The notes: generated by a model not told the origin, from the sequence alone. Positions 1 to 10,770 are shown, counted from the stretch's first letter. The stretch is DNA of 64,000 nt from an uncultured Gemmatimonadales bacterium (GCA_963716255.1 OY970303.1:8256001-8320000); one strand, 5' to 3'. Program-made: numbers and translations.

Positions 1-175
1 ACCGCGCCAGCCCCAGCCACGTCTCCCGCTGCGCCGCCTGCGTCGCCCGGTGCCGGACGGCCAGCCAGGCGAGCGAGACGAACGACGTGGCGGCCCCATA
101 GACGAGGACGGCCGCGGCGGCGGCTTCCACCGCCGTCGCGGCCGCTTCCACCACACCGACGAACAGTTCCTCCAT
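1..175 (-). CDS. DUF1622-like small membrane protein (runs off the left window edge)
   Basis: Not in the ORF track. ATG at 175 follows a GGAGG RBS; translation MEELFVGVVEAAATAVEAAAAAVLVYGAATSFV...RETWLG resembles DUF1622 N-termini; co-oriented with the upstream operon. Confidence 0.55.
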   Translation of the reverse strand, partial: MEELFVGVVEAAATAVEAAAAAVLVYGAATSFVSLAWLAVRHRATQAAQRETWLGLAR

Positions 176-205
176 TCCATCCTCCCAGGTTCGGGGCCGT
201 TCCCC

Positions 206-1513
206 TCAGAAGAGGAAGAGCAGGCGCGCGGCCGGGACGACGGCGGTGTCCACCCCGGAGCGGAACGGCCGTACCACCTGCAGGTCGCCCGTGAGGCGGG
301 CCCAGGGGGTGAGGGCCAGGCTGTAGAACACCTCGAATGCCTGCTCGTCGTCGATGTCGATCAGCCGCCCGACCAGGTCCTTGAAGTCGCCGCCGAACCC
401 CGTGTAGGCCCACGCCGCGCCGAAGGAGTCCAGCTCCCTGCCCCCGAAGGGGCTGGTGCCGCCCACGCCCACGTTGAAGTACCGGTCGATCGGGTTGGTG
501 CTCTCGTCGGCCAGCCCCACCGCCCAGTAGAGCCTCCACCCCGTCCGGTGCGGCCCCGGGCTCTCCTGGATGAACTGGTCCCCCGTATAGGTGACCGACC
601 AGCCGCCGCTCTCGCGCTCCACCGACACCGTGGTGTCCGGGCGGGGCAGGATCAGGTGCGGGATCTCGTCGAACGGGGTGAGCTCCTGGCTGCTCCACGT
701 CCCGTGGATCCCCTGGTGCCCCGGCCGGCCGAAGAACCGCGTGGGGAGGGTCAGGGCGGGAAACACCGTCACTCCGTCCCCGAACGCGTCGCTGAGCCCG
801 CTGGTCAGAGAGCTGTTCCTGGAGTCGATGATCATCAGGGTGGCCACGGGTTCGCCCCCCATCACCAACGCTACGCTCCCCCCGAGCGTCACGAGCGGGA
901 CGTTCCTGGCCTCGTGCGTGGGCGCGATCTGCCCCACGTTCATGAACCCGGTCAGCCCCGTGCCGTCGGGGACGAGCTCCAGGGTTGAGAACCTGCCCAC
1001 CGAAACGGCGAGCGCGCTGCCGGGCCTGCCGAAGGGGAAGAGCTGCGTGAAGTTGAGCGCCACCAGGGAGGTCTCGGTGCCGTCCTCCGCGGGGTCGACC
1101 AGGGCGGTGTTCACGGGGATGGCCGCGCCCGCCGCGGTGGACAGCTCGCCGTAGCGGGTCGCCGCCTTCGCCGCCAGGACGCCGCCGGACCAGAGTCCCA
1201 GCTTGTGGGTGTCGATCTTCAGCTCCACCTCCAGCTTGCCGCCGTACTCCGCCTCCTGGTCCAGCCCTCCCGTCACCGGCCCCTGGACGAACTGGCCGAA
1301 GGCGACCTCCGTCGTGAAGGGGTTCCGGCCCGGCGCCGAGGTGGCGTCCGGAGCGCCCTGCGCGCAGGCCACCGCGGGCGCGCACGGCAGCGCAGCCAGC
1401 AGCGCGCAGGCCGCCGCGGTCCGGACGCTCCGCGTGGCTGGACTGCGGACGGGATCCGGCCCGCGCGATCCCTTCCTCTCCCCTCCTGCCCCCGTCTCGT
1501 TCGCGATGGACAT
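206..1513 (-). CDS. OprB-family carbohydrate-selective porin
   Basis: Signal peptide, YGGK..L.ID..KLG.W.GG motif, C-terminal E.FY...LTPW..LT.DLQV and terminal Phe. Confidence 0.8.
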   Translation of the reverse strand: MSIANETGAGGERKGSRGPDPVRSPATRSVRTAAACALLAALPCAPAVACAQGAPDATSAPGRNPFTTEVAFGQFVQGPVTGGLDQEAEYGGKLEVELKIDTHKLGLWSGGVLAAKAATRYGELSTAAGAAIPVNTALVDPAEDGTETSLVALNFTQLFPFGRPGSALAVSVGRFSTLELVPDGTGLTGFMNVGQIAPTHEARNVPLVTLGGSVALVMGGEPVATLMIIDSRNSSLTSGLSDAFGDGVTVFPALTLPTRFFGRPGHQGIHGTWSSQELTPFDEIPHLILPRPDTTVSVERESGGWSVTYTGDQFIQESPGPHRTGWRLYWAVGLADESTNPIDRYFNVGVGGTSPFGGRELDSFGAAWAYTGFGGDFKDLVGRLIDIDDEQAFEVFYSLALTPWARLTGDLQVVRPFRSGVDTAVVPAARLLFLF

Positions 1514-1663
1514 CGTTCGCCTTCCTGTTGTGCGTTTGCCCGCCCCTCGGCGCGGGGACCGGCCGCGCCCGGGACGACCGGCGGGGCCGCGTCAACGATG
1601 GTCCGACCGGGGGAAGCGCGTCTTGTACGATTTTGTCGAGCCGCCGCGGCGGGCTCCCCGGCC

Positions 1664-2545
1664 TCATTTCGCGAGTGTAATCCTGCTCGCGCGCCGGTCC
1701 GGAGACGCGCCGTTCGAGAGGCGGATGTAGACGGCCGACAGGGCGGCGCTCACCAGCAGGTAGAGCACGACCGCGGGCAGCACCTCCTTGTGTCCCGGGA
1801 AGATGGCGGAGGCCGCGCCGATGGCGACGGCGGGGTGCCGCGCGGCGGTCGAGAGCGCGAGCACCACCCGGTCCCGCGGATCCGGTCCCCCGAGCAGGTG
1901 GCCGGCCGCGAGCCCGGCCATCGCGAACCCCGCCACCGCCAGGAGCGTCCCGTTGCCGATCAGCGACAGCATGGGCCGCCAGGTGGTCGCCAGGAGCGGC
2001 AGGCAGGCGGCGGCCAGGAGCACCGCCGCCGCGAGACCCACGGGTTTCGCGGCGCGGGCAGCGAAGCGGGGCGCAAGCAGGCCGACGACGATCCCCACCA
2101 CCAGCGGCCCGAGCACGGAGGTCAGCACGACCACAGCCACCTTCTCCGCCGCGAGGTGCCGCGGGGCGCCGATGGCCTCCCCCACCAGGCGCACGCCGAG
2201 GGGCACGGTCACGATGGCCAGGAGGCCCGTCGCGGCGAGAAGCCCCACCACGTACGAGCCGCGCCCGCCCGCCTTCAGCTCCTTGTTGGGGAGCAGCGGC
2301 GGAACCGGCGAGAGTGCCAGCGCCACCAGCGCCACCTTTACCGCCGGATGAAGGTCGAAGGCGACCGCGAGCGCCACGGCCAGCAGGGGCATGACGACGA
2401 GCATCGCCAGGAGCGACCGCGCCAGCCTCCCGAAGTCGTGGAACAGGGACAGCACGTCCTCGCGCCGCGTCTTCAGGCCCAGGGCAAGGACGATCATCGC
2501 GATGCTCGCCTTCAGCACCAGCGGGATCAGGGTCGCAAGCGTCAT
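1664..2545 (-). CDS. Bile acid:sodium symporter (BASS/SBF)-family transporter
   Basis: Very hydrophobic; M..LGL, VMP..A, SP.PP and STAARHP motifs; start taken at MTLATL. Confidence 0.75.
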   Translation of the reverse strand: MTLATLIPLVLKASIAMIVLALGLKTRREDVLSLFHDFGRLARSLLAMLVVMPLLAVALAVAFDLHPAVKVALVALALSPVPPLLPNKELKAGGRGSYVVGLLAATGLLAIVTVPLGVRLVGEAIGAPRHLAAEKVAVVVLTSVLGPLVVGIVVGLLAPRFAARAAKPVGLAAAVLLAAACLPLLATTWRPMLSLIGNGTLLAVAGFAMAGLAAGHLLGGPDPRDRVVLALSTAARHPAVAIGAASAIFPGHKEVLPAVVLYLLVSAALSAVYIRLSNGASPDRRASRITLAK

Positions 2546-2624
2546 GACGGAGCCTTTCTCCACCGCATCGGGTGGAACCTGGGACGAGGGGATTCGCCGG
2601 CTTCGCCCTCGGGAGCCCGGCGGG

Positions 2625-3101
2625 TCAGCCGAACGGGCCCACCCTGAACACCATGCTCAGGATGGCCAGCAGCCCCGTGGCGAGCAGGAGCAGGGCGACG
2701 ATCAGGGTCATGGAGACCGGGAAGTGGCTCTCCGCGTGGACCAGCCCGGCCGCCTTCATCTGCTGCCGCTCGCGTCGCAGCCCGGCCATGAACGACAGGT
2801 GGTAGGCGATGCCGACCACCAGCATCACGATCCCCAGCAGCACCAGCGCGATCCCGAAGTTGCGGGGCGGGGCGCTTCCCCACCCCTGCGACTCGGCCAT
2901 CTTCCCGAAGACCTGGGCGATGGTGAAGCCGAAGCTGATGAGGGACAGCGAAGTGCGGATCGCCGACATCAGCGTGCGGTCGGCGCTCATGCGCGTGCGC
3001 TGGAACGACATTCCCGTCCGGCGCGAAGACAGCTCGATCGACATCTCGTCGGCCGAGCGCTCCGGCGCCGCTGCATTCGGGTCCTTCGGCTCTGTCCCCA
3101 T
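2625..3101 (-). CDS. YidH/DUF202 membrane protein
   Basis: RTRMSADRTLMSAIRTSLSLISFGF signature followed by about 3 TM helices. Confidence 0.85.
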   Translation of the reverse strand: MGTEPKDPNAAAPERSADEMSIELSSRRTGMSFQRTRMSADRTLMSAIRTSLSLISFGFTIAQVFGKMAESQGWGSAPPRNFGIALVLLGIVMLVVGIAYHLSFMAGLRRERQQMKAAGLVHAESHFPVSMTLIVALLLLATGLLAILSMVFRVGPFG

Positions 3102-3155
3102 CCGCTCCTCCCGAGGTTGCCTCCCATCCACTCCCTCCCGCACGCCGGGAGCGGG

Positions 3156-4118
3156 CTACGCCCCGGCGGCCGGGGGAAACACCGTGTTCCAGTCCGCCTT
3201 CATGTCCGCGACCACCCAGCGGCGACCCGGCGCCTCGTCGAGGACCCAGTCGAGCCGGCCGCTCGGGACGTGCTCGCGGTCGTATCTGAATTCGCGCTCG
3301 CCGTCCGTGTGGTGCACGATCACTCCCAGCGACGGTCGCCCGTCCGGACGGCCCACGGTGGTCCACGTCAGCATCTCGCGGTCGCCGTCGGAGTTCCCGA
3401 AGCATGCGATGGGGCGCCGGCCGATGGACCGGTTGATCCCCACGGGCTTTCCCGCCCTGTCGTCCAGGAAGTCGAGCGCGGGATCGCGCACCAGCACGGG
3501 CGCCTCGCCGCGCGCTTCGAAGTGCGTGCGGATGGTGGAGCCGATCACCTGGTGGGGCGGCACGCCGTACACCTCCTGCGCGAACACGCGCATGAACTCC
3601 ACCCCGCCGCCCGACACGATGAACGTGGTGAAGCCCCGCGCGCGCAGCAGCCGCAGCACCTGCAGCATGGGCTGGTAGACGGCCCGGGTGAACGGGATGC
3701 CCAGCTTCGGGTGCCGGGACGCGGCCAGCCAGCCGCGCACGATGGCCTCGAACTCGTCCGTGGTCATCCCCGCGTGCGTGGCCATGGTCAACGCCGCCAC
3801 GGCCTTCTCGCCCTGGGCGGCGACCGCGTTCATGTCGCCGCCCAGCACGGAGCGGAACGGCTCCGTCGTCTTCCACTCCGGATGGTCCGGGGCGAGCTCC
3901 CGCAGGCGCGCCCCGATGAAGTATCCCTGCACCGGCAGGGGCATCTCGCACCAGAGCGTGCCGTCGTTGTCGAACACGGCGATGCGCTCGTCCACCGGCA
4001 CGAACTCCGGCCCACCCCGCGTCGTCGCGCGTACGACGAAGTCCAGGATCGCATCCCGCGCAGGGCCCGGATTCCACGAGGGGAGCGTGCCCGCAAGTTC
4101 CCTTTCCACGCCGGTCAT
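3156..4118 (-). CDS. HAD-superfamily hydrolase (acid phosphatase-like), no signal peptide
   Basis: Motif I FDNDGTLW, motif II VSGG, K in GKPVGI, motif IV GNSDGD. Confidence 0.85.
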   Translation of the reverse strand: MTGVERELAGTLPSWNPGPARDAILDFVVRATTRGGPEFVPVDERIAVFDNDGTLWCEMPLPVQGYFIGARLRELAPDHPEWKTTEPFRSVLGGDMNAVAAQGEKAVAALTMATHAGMTTDEFEAIVRGWLAASRHPKLGIPFTRAVYQPMLQVLRLLRARGFTTFIVSGGGVEFMRVFAQEVYGVPPHQVIGSTIRTHFEARGEAPVLVRDPALDFLDDRAGKPVGINRSIGRRPIACFGNSDGDREMLTWTTVGRPDGRPSLGVIVHHTDGEREFRYDREHVPSGRLDWVLDEAPGRRWVVADMKADWNTVFPPAAGA

Positions 4119-4208
4119 CGGGGTTCCTCCTCCCGCGGTTCATCCCTCCGTGCGCCTGCCGCCGGGCGGCGGAAAGCGCCGCCGCCCGGTCCGGGGGACA
4201 GGGTCGTC

Positions 4209-5765
4209 CTAGTCGCCGCTTGCCGCGTCGCTCATCTTCGCCATCGCGTCGTCGATGGTGAAGCTGTTGGGCTTCTGGATGGCCGGGAACTCCTTGAACG
4301 TTTCCGCGAACTTCCCGGCAACCGCCTGCACCGCGTAGATGAGGTAGGCGTGCTGCATCATCCAGTCGTCGTACGTGTTCGAGGTGATGGTCGCGTACTC
4401 GAAGGGGTCTGTGCGCAGGTTGTAGATGACGGGCGCCCGAAGCCGCACGAAAGGGTCGCGCCAGACGGCCAGCCTGCCCGGTGTGCGCTGCTCCATGAAC
4501 GTGATCTTCCAGTTGTCCATGCGGATCGCGAGCACGTCGCCGTCGTCGCTGAAGTAGAAGTAGAAGTTGCGGGGGCTCTTCTTCTCCTGCCCGGTCAGGT
4601 AGGGGAGCAGGTTGTAGCCGTCGATGTGGTTCTTGTAGGTCCGCCCGATGGCCTGGTAACCCTTCTTCAGCTTCTCCACCACGTCGGGGGCGCCTGCCAG
4701 GGCCATGAAGGTCGGTAGCCAGTCATGGTGCTGGACGATCTCGTTGCTGATCGAGCCGGCTTCGACCTTCCCCGGCCAGCGGACGATCATCGGCACCCGG
4801 AAGGCGCCCTCCCAGTTCGTGTTCTTCTCGCTGCGGAACGGCGTCGTGCCGCCGTCCGGCCAGGAGTTGCGGTGCGGCCCGTTGTCGGTCGAGTACTGGA
4901 CCAGGGTCTCCTCGGCGATGCCCATCTCGTCGAGGAAGTCGAGCATCTGGCCCACGTTCCTGTCGTGGTCGATCATGGTGTCGTGGTAGGCCGACTGCCA
5001 GCGCCCGGCCTGGCCGCGGCTCTCGGGCTTGGTGTGGGTGTAGAGGTGCATGTGGGTGGTGTTGAGCCACACGAACCAGGGCACACCGGCCTCTTCCTGG
5101 CGGCGGATGAAGTCCTGGGCGGCGGCCACGAACTCGTCGTCGCAGGTCAGCATCCGTTTGCGGTCGAGCGGTCCGGTGTCCTCGATCTTCTGCTTGCCCA
5201 CCCGGCCCCAGCGCGGCATCTCGGTCGGATCGTCCGTGTCCGTCGCCCAGGAGTGGATGACGCCGCGCGGCCCGAACTGGTCGCGGAAATGCGGGAAGTC
5301 CTGGGCGTCGGGGTAGTCCTCCATCTCCGGCTCCTCCTCGGCGTTGAGGTGGTAGAGGTTGCCGAAGAACTCGTCGAAGCCGTGGTTGGTGGGCAGCATG
5401 CCGTTCAGGTCGCCCAGGTGGTTCTTGCCGAACTGCCCGGTGGCGTAGCCCTGCTCCTTGAGGAGCGCGGCGATGGTGACGAGCTTCTCGTTCATGCCGA
5501 CGGGGGCACCGGGCAGACCGACCTTGGAGAGACCGGTGCGGTACACGCTCTGCCCGGTGATGAAGGCGGACCTGCCGGCGGTGCAGCTCTGCTCGCCGTA
5601 GCTGTCGGTGAACATCATCCCTTCGCGGGCGATGCGGTCGATGTTGGGCGTGCGGTAGCCCATCAGCCCGTGGCTGTAGCACGACAGGTTGGAGATGCCG
5701 ATGTCGTCGCCCCAGAACACCAGGATGTTCGGCCTGCCCTGGGTGGGATCGTTTGTGGTTGCCAT
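4209..5765 (-). CDS. Cys-type arylsulfatase
   Basis: PNIL..WGDD, SCTAGRSAFITG formylglycine motif, GKNHLG, TDNG; start MATTND after RBS. Confidence 0.9.
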   Translation of the reverse strand: MATTNDPTQGRPNILVFWGDDIGISNLSCYSHGLMGYRTPNIDRIAREGMMFTDSYGEQSCTAGRSAFITGQSVYRTGLSKVGLPGAPVGMNEKLVTIAALLKEQGYATGQFGKNHLGDLNGMLPTNHGFDEFFGNLYHLNAEEEPEMEDYPDAQDFPHFRDQFGPRGVIHSWATDTDDPTEMPRWGRVGKQKIEDTGPLDRKRMLTCDDEFVAAAQDFIRRQEEAGVPWFVWLNTTHMHLYTHTKPESRGQAGRWQSAYHDTMIDHDRNVGQMLDFLDEMGIAEETLVQYSTDNGPHRNSWPDGGTTPFRSEKNTNWEGAFRVPMIVRWPGKVEAGSISNEIVQHHDWLPTFMALAGAPDVVEKLKKGYQAIGRTYKNHIDGYNLLPYLTGQEKKSPRNFYFYFSDDGDVLAIRMDNWKITFMEQRTPGRLAVWRDPFVRLRAPVIYNLRTDPFEYATITSNTYDDWMMQHAYLIYAVQAVAGKFAETFKEFPAIQKPNSFTIDDAMAKMSDAASGD

Positions 5766-5867
5766 CGTTCGCCTTCCTTTCCGGATGGGTTTTTCACTCG
5801 CCGTGGAGCACACGGTCCCGGCAAGCGGGGCGGGGTCCCGGCGGCCGCCGGATCCCGGGGCTCGGGT

Positions 5868-7010
5868 TCACGGGTGCGGCCGGGACAAGGATCGTACGGG
5901 GGCAGACGCGCGTCTTGGACGATTTTGCCGGCCGGATGCGGACGGGCCGCGCGCGGACGCCGGCGCCGCCCGCACCCCCGCCGCCGTCCGGCCAGGGGGG
6001 TCGGGAAAGACCTGCCGCCAGTCGCGCCGGATGCTCACCACGGTGAAGCCGAACTGCCTCGCCGCCCGGAGCGAGGCGCTGTCCCGCTCGGCGTACGCGA
6101 ACTCGCGCGCTGGATCGTCGTGGTTGACGAGGAGCTGGAACGATGGACCCGACCGTCCCTTCGAGTAGCGCATCATGGCGATGTCGCCGCCCGACAGGAC
6201 GTTGCCGGCCACGAAGGCAGGCCGCCGCCCGATGTGCCGGTCGATGCCGACCGGCTTCCCCTCCTTGTCGTTCAGGTGCTCCACCTGCGGCTGCCGCACC
6301 AGGACCAGCCTGCCGCCGGCCACCCGCGGCTCCCGCTTGAGCTCGCTGCCGATGGTCTGCTCGGGCGGCACCCCGTACGCCTCCGGGGCGAAGACGCGGA
6401 CGAAGTCGAGCGTCCCCCCGGAACAGATCCAGGTCCGGAACCCGCTGGCGCGCAGGTAGGCGAGCAGTTCGAGCATGGGCTGGTAGACCACGCCCGCGAT
6501 GGGGCGGTCCAGATCCGGGTGCCGTGCTTCCGCCAGGAATCGGCGGGCCTCGGCGGCGAACTCCTCCTGCGTGGTCCCGCTGTGCGTCTTCAGCAGGAGC
6601 TTCGCGACCGCCTCCGCACCGGCTTCATGGAAGTAGGCCGCGTCCCCTTCCAGCGCCGCCCGGAACGGCTGCGTGGACCTCAGCGACGGATCGCCCTCGG
6701 CGAGCTCCCGGAGCCGCGACAGGACGAAGTAGACCTCCACCGGCAGCGGCTTCTCCGCCCAGAGCGTCCCGTCGTTGTCGAACGTCGCGACCCGCTCCTC
6801 CACGGGAACGAAGTCCGGCCCGCCCGGGGTCGTGGCGCGCTGCACGAAGGCGACGACGGCCCGCTTTGCCGGGCCGTCGTTCCACGAGGGGAGGGGATCG
6901 GCCCCGGGAGCCTGCGTCGCGCCGGGCGCGCTCCACGAGAGGGCGAGCAGCAGGGCGAGCACGGCGTGAAACCGCCCGGCGCCCCCGCTCCGCGGCGCAG
7001 TCCTCCTCAT
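5868..7010 (-). CDS. HAD-superfamily hydrolase with predicted signal peptide (paralog of 3156-4118)
   Basis: C-terminal part of track ORF 5868..8369; ATG at 7010 overlaps the FGE stop; LPSWN, FDNDGTLW, YQPMLELL, GKPVGI motifs. Confidence 0.8.
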   Translation of the reverse strand: MRRTAPRSGGAGRFHAVLALLLALSWSAPGATQAPGADPLPSWNDGPAKRAVVAFVQRATTPGGPDFVPVEERVATFDNDGTLWAEKPLPVEVYFVLSRLRELAEGDPSLRSTQPFRAALEGDAAYFHEAGAEAVAKLLLKTHSGTTQEEFAAEARRFLAEARHPDLDRPIAGVVYQPMLELLAYLRASGFRTWICSGGTLDFVRVFAPEAYGVPPEQTIGSELKREPRVAGGRLVLVRQPQVEHLNDKEGKPVGIDRHIGRRPAFVAGNVLSGGDIAMMRYSKGRSGPSFQLLVNHDDPAREFAYAERDSASLRAARQFGFTVVSIRRDWRQVFPDPPGRTAAGVRAAPASARGPSASGRQNRPRRASAPVRSLSRPHP

Positions 7011-8047
7011 CGGGGCTTTCCTTCCGGCGCGTCTCCGGCCGGCGTGCCGAACCCGCTCGACGGAGCGCGCACGATGCACCGGAAGCCCTGGTGGCCCGTC
7101 CCCGTGTCCACCTGCTGCGGGATCCGCGCGGCCGGCCGGTAGCGGACGCAGTAGTTGGGGGCGCACAGGTACGAGCCGCCCTTGAGCACCTTGCGCGGGA
7201 TGCGGACGGCCGGCTGCCGGGGGTCGAAGCTCGCTTCCCGCTCGCCGCCCCGGGGATCGGGGATCGCGCAGCAGCACGAGCCCTTGACCCGCGCGTGCTC
7301 CTGCCACCAGTCGGTGGTCCATTCCCACACGTTGCCGATCATGTCGTACAGGCCGTGGCCGTTCGGCGGAAAGCTCCCCACCGGCGAGGTGCGCTCCCAG
7401 CCGTCCTCCACGAAGTTCTCGTGCGGGAACTCCCCCTGCCAGACGTTCGCCATGATCCGTCCGCCGGGCGACAGCTCGTCCCCCCACGCGTACTGCTTGC
7501 CCTCCAGCCCTCCGCGCGCCGCGAGCTCCCATTCGGCCTCGGTCGGAAGCTCCTTGCCGGCCCACGCCGCATAGGCCGCTGCGTCCTCGAAGGCGACATG
7601 AACGACCGGGTGTCTCGCCAGCCCCGCGGCCGAACTCCCCGGGCCCGCAGGGCGTCTCCAGCACGCACCCGGCACGTAGTCCCACCATGCGAAGTGGCTG
7701 CCGAGGCCGACGAAGCCCGCCGGCTTCACGAAGACGACCGCGCCCGGGACGAGCCGGTCCGGGAGCGCGCCAGGGTACTGGGCCGGGTCCAGCTCGCGCT
7801 CGGCGACGGTCACGTACCCGGTCGCCGCGACGAACCGTTGGAACTCGGCGTTCGTCACCGGGTGCCGGTCCATCCAGAACCCCGCCACGCTCACGGCGTG
7901 GGCCGGGGCCTCCTCGGGGTAGTGGTCGTCCGACCCCATGCGGAAGGTGCCGCCCGGCACCCACGCCATGCCGTCGAGGGGCGGCGTCCCCCGGCGAGTC
8001 CCGCGACGGGTCCGTCTGGACCTCGACGACGAAGTGCTGTGTGCCAT
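7007..8047 (-). CDS. Formylglycine-generating enzyme (SUMF1/FGE family), sulfatase maturase
   Basis: F.MGS....PEE.P.H, HPVVHV, LPTEAEWE.AARGG, GNVWEW and the catalytic KGGSYLCAPNYC.RYRPAAR. Confidence 0.9.
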   Translation of the reverse strand: MAHSTSSSRSRRTRRGTRRGTPPLDGMAWVPGGTFRMGSDDHYPEEAPAHAVSVAGFWMDRHPVTNAEFQRFVAATGYVTVAERELDPAQYPGALPDRLVPGAVVFVKPAGFVGLGSHFAWWDYVPGACWRRPAGPGSSAAGLARHPVVHVAFEDAAAYAAWAGKELPTEAEWELAARGGLEGKQYAWGDELSPGGRIMANVWQGEFPHENFVEDGWERTSPVGSFPPNGHGLYDMIGNVWEWTTDWWQEHARVKGSCCCAIPDPRGGEREASFDPRQPAVRIPRKVLKGGSYLCAPNYCVRYRPAARIPQQVDTGTGHQGFRCIVRAPSSGFGTPAGDAPEGKPR

Positions 8048-8313
8048 GCTCCTGTCCTTTCCCGCTCGGAGGTGGAATTGCGACGCTCCCCCGGTGCGCC
8101 CTGCCACGCGGGGACGCTGCGCCGGCACGGGAGCCCGGACCCGGGAAGAGTACCCCGCCCCCGCCCGCGCCTCTTGGCGGTTCTTTGCCCTCGCAACGTC
8201 GGCGGAAGCACGCAGCCCCGCCCCGGCGGCTGCCGGGGCGGGGCTGTCGGACGTTCATGGGACGCGGGGAAGGATCGCTGCGCTTCCGTGCCCGAGGCGA
8301 GTCTATCGGTGCC

Positions 8314-10770
8314 TCACCGGTCGGCCGGCGCAACGGGGTCAGGGCAGGGAGGCAGGGGGATGCGCGCAATCACGCAGGTGCCGATTCCCGGGATCGACTT
8401 CACGCCGAACCAGCCACCGGCAAGCTGCGCGCGCTCCCGCATGCTCACCATCCCCAGCCCCGGCTCGTCGGACGCGGTGTCGCTCATGCCGCAGCCATCG
8501 TCGCTGACGGTCAGCCGGAGCTGCCCCTCGGTCCGCGCCACCTCCACCCAGGCGTTCTTCGCGCGCGCGTGGCGGGTGACGTTCCGCAGGGCCTCCTGCA
8601 CGATCCGGTACGCCGCCAGGGAAGGCCCGCGGGGCAGGTGCTCGGCGTCGCCGGTGATCTTCACGTGGACGACGATCCCCGCCACGACCCCCGCTTCCAG
8701 ACAGTGCGAGCGGATCGCGGTCGCCAGCCCGGCGATGTCGAGCAGCGCGGGGTGCAGCCGGTGCGAGATGCCCCGGATCCTGTCGGCCAGCAGGTCCAGG
8801 CCTTCATGCAGCGCCACCAGGGCGGCGGCGTGGTCGGGTCGTGGCGCGAACAGGCGCTGTAGGGCGTCGACCTGGAACGCCAGCATCGCGACCAGCTGCC
8901 CGGCGTCGTCGTGAATCTCGCGCGCTACATGCGTGCGTTCCTCGTCCTGCGCTGCAAGCAGCCGGACGGCGAGCGCGCGGAGCGCCTCCTCGCTCTTCTC
9001 CAGCGCGGCCTGCGACCGGTGCCGTTCGGTGACCTCGCGCACGATGCTGAGCACCTCGTCGCTCCCGCAGCGCACCAGCCGCGCCTCGTAGTCCCGCTGC
9101 CCCTCTCCCATGTCGAGGGAGTAGTCCGCCACGGCTGGCCCGCCGGTGTCCAGCGCCTCGGCGATGCAGCGCCCCAGCATGGCGGCGAGGTCCGGCGGGA
9201 GTACGTCCGCCATCCTGCGGCCCAGGAAGGCTTCGGGAGGCACCAGCAGCTCGGCACCTTCGGGCACGTGGTAGTCCAGGTAGCGTCCTTCCCCGTCCTG
9301 CACGAACATCAGGTCGGGGACGGCGGCGAGGACCGCCCGGCGGCGTGCCTCGCTCGCGCGCAGCGCGAGGTCGGCCTCCTTCCACTCGGTCTCGTCCACG
9401 CACACCCCGATCAGGCATTCCACCGCGACGCCCGGGCCGGGGTGCGCGCGTCCCCGGGTGCGCACCCAGCGCACCGCACCGCCGGGGCGGACGATCCGGA
9501 GCTCGGCCTCGAACACCCCCTCGCGGATTGCCCGCACGGCCTCCTGCCGGGCCCGTGAACGGTCGTCCGGGTGGATCAGCGCCATCACGGAGTCCGCGTC
9601 CGGGAGCGAAGCCTGGGAGAGGCCGAAGACGGGGGAGCCGGCCGGAGACCACGACAGGGTGCCGGTGCGTACGGTCCATTCCCAGATGGCGGTGTTCGAC
9701 GCCTCCATCGCCAGGCTCAGGCGCGTATCGCCCAGCAGAAGCCGCCGCGCCGAGGTGGCGCGCTCCTCGACCAGCGACGCCAGGAGCAGGACGGGCACCA
9801 GCAGCGCCAGCTGGGAGGTCTGCACCTCGACCTGCGCGCTCCGTGAATCCAGGCAACCCGGCATCCCGACCTGCAGCAGCACGACCATCAGCCCCGCCAG
9901 CGTGAGCCCCGCCCCCGCCGGGCCGAAGCGCACCACCGCCCACAGCAGCACCGGCAGCAGCGCGGCGGTCCGGGCGGTCTCCATCGCGGTCCCGGCGGAG
10001 ATCCCCTGTCCGGCCACCCACCCCGATCCGGCTGCGGCCAGCCCCAGCAGCGCCGCCTCGCCCAGCCGCCATGCTCCGGCGCGCCACGGTGCCGCGCCGG
10101 CCAGGAGTACCAGCCCCACGGGACCGATGCAGGCCACGGCGAGGGCATCGCTGAGGAATTCCCGCGATGAAACGGGCCCCAGGGCATCGCTGCCATGAAC
10201 GCCGTGGAGCCCGGCGGTCAGGAAGGCAGCCGCAGCCGGCGCGGCGAGGACGGCTCCACCCACGAACGCCGCCATTCCCCGCAGGCAGTTGAGGCGCAGG
10301 CCCCCCCCGTTGAGCAGGCGCACGAGTCCGGCAGCCATCACCGCCAGGACGCACTGGTGCCCGTATTCGGTCCACAGCACCGGGAACGGAGCGGATGGGT
10401 GCGTGACGAGGTGGGCCACGCCCCCGGCCAGCAGGAGCAGCGGCCACATGGGGAGAGCCGAGGCGGCCAGCGACACCACCAGCACCGCACCGGACGGCCG
10501 GACCAACGCGGGGGCGGAGCCCGGCACCGCGAACACGAGACCGGCCAGGGCCGCCAGCGCGTACGCTCCGGCGACCGACAGCATCCACCCGGCGCCCCGG
10601 CGAGCCAGGCCGAAGCCGCCCCCCGCCGACCGTCCGGCGGGCGTGGCTACCATCCGCGGATCCGGCCCCGCGACTCCCTCCTGCGGCCAGGGCCAGGCGG
10701 CGCGATCACGGCTGCTCCGCACTGCGGCGGGCGAAGGCGGGACCATCTTCCGGTGTGCCGGCGAACGCAT
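8314..10770 (-). CDS. MASE1-PAS-PAS sensor histidine kinase (HisKA_3, NarX/UhpB type); start uncertain
   Basis: N-terminal TM region with WAVVRFG; PAS motifs IHPDD and WVRTRG; REIHDDAGQ H-box; YRIVQEALRNV.RHA, DDGCG, GLGMVSMRER. Confidence 0.85.
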   Translation of the reverse strand: MRSPAHRKMVPPSPAAVRSSRDRAAWPWPQEGVAGPDPRMVATPAGRSAGGGFGLARRGAGWMLSVAGAYALAALAGLVFAVPGSAPALVRPSGAVLVVSLAASALPMWPLLLLAGGVAHLVTHPSAPFPVLWTEYGHQCVLAVMAAGLVRLLNGGGLRLNCLRGMAAFVGGAVLAAPAAAAFLTAGLHGVHGSDALGPVSSREFLSDALAVACIGPVGLVLLAGAAPWRAGAWRLGEAALLGLAAAGSGWVAGQGISAGTAMETARTAALLPVLLWAVVRFGPAGAGLTLAGLMVVLLQVGMPGCLDSRSAQVEVQTSQLALLVPVLLLASLVEERATSARRLLLGDTRLSLAMEASNTAIWEWTVRTGTLSWSPAGSPVFGLSQASLPDADSVMALIHPDDRSRARQEAVRAIREGVFEAELRIVRPGGAVRWVRTRGRAHPGPGVAVECLIGVCVDETEWKEADLALRASEARRRAVLAAVPDLMFVQDGEGRYLDYHVPEGAELLVPPEAFLGRRMADVLPPDLAAMLGRCIAEALDTGGPAVADYSLDMGEGQRDYEARLVRCGSDEVLSIVREVTERHRSQAALEKSEEALRALAVRLLAAQDEERTHVAREIHDDAGQLVAMLAFQVDALQRLFAPRPDHAAALVALHEGLDLLADRIRGISHRLHPALLDIAGLATAIRSHCLEAGVVAGIVVHVKITGDAEHLPRGPSLAAYRIVQEALRNVTRHARAKNAWVEVARTEGQLRLTVSDDGCGMSDTASDEPGLGMVSMRERAQLAGGWFGVKSIPGIGTCVIARIPLPPCPDPVAPADR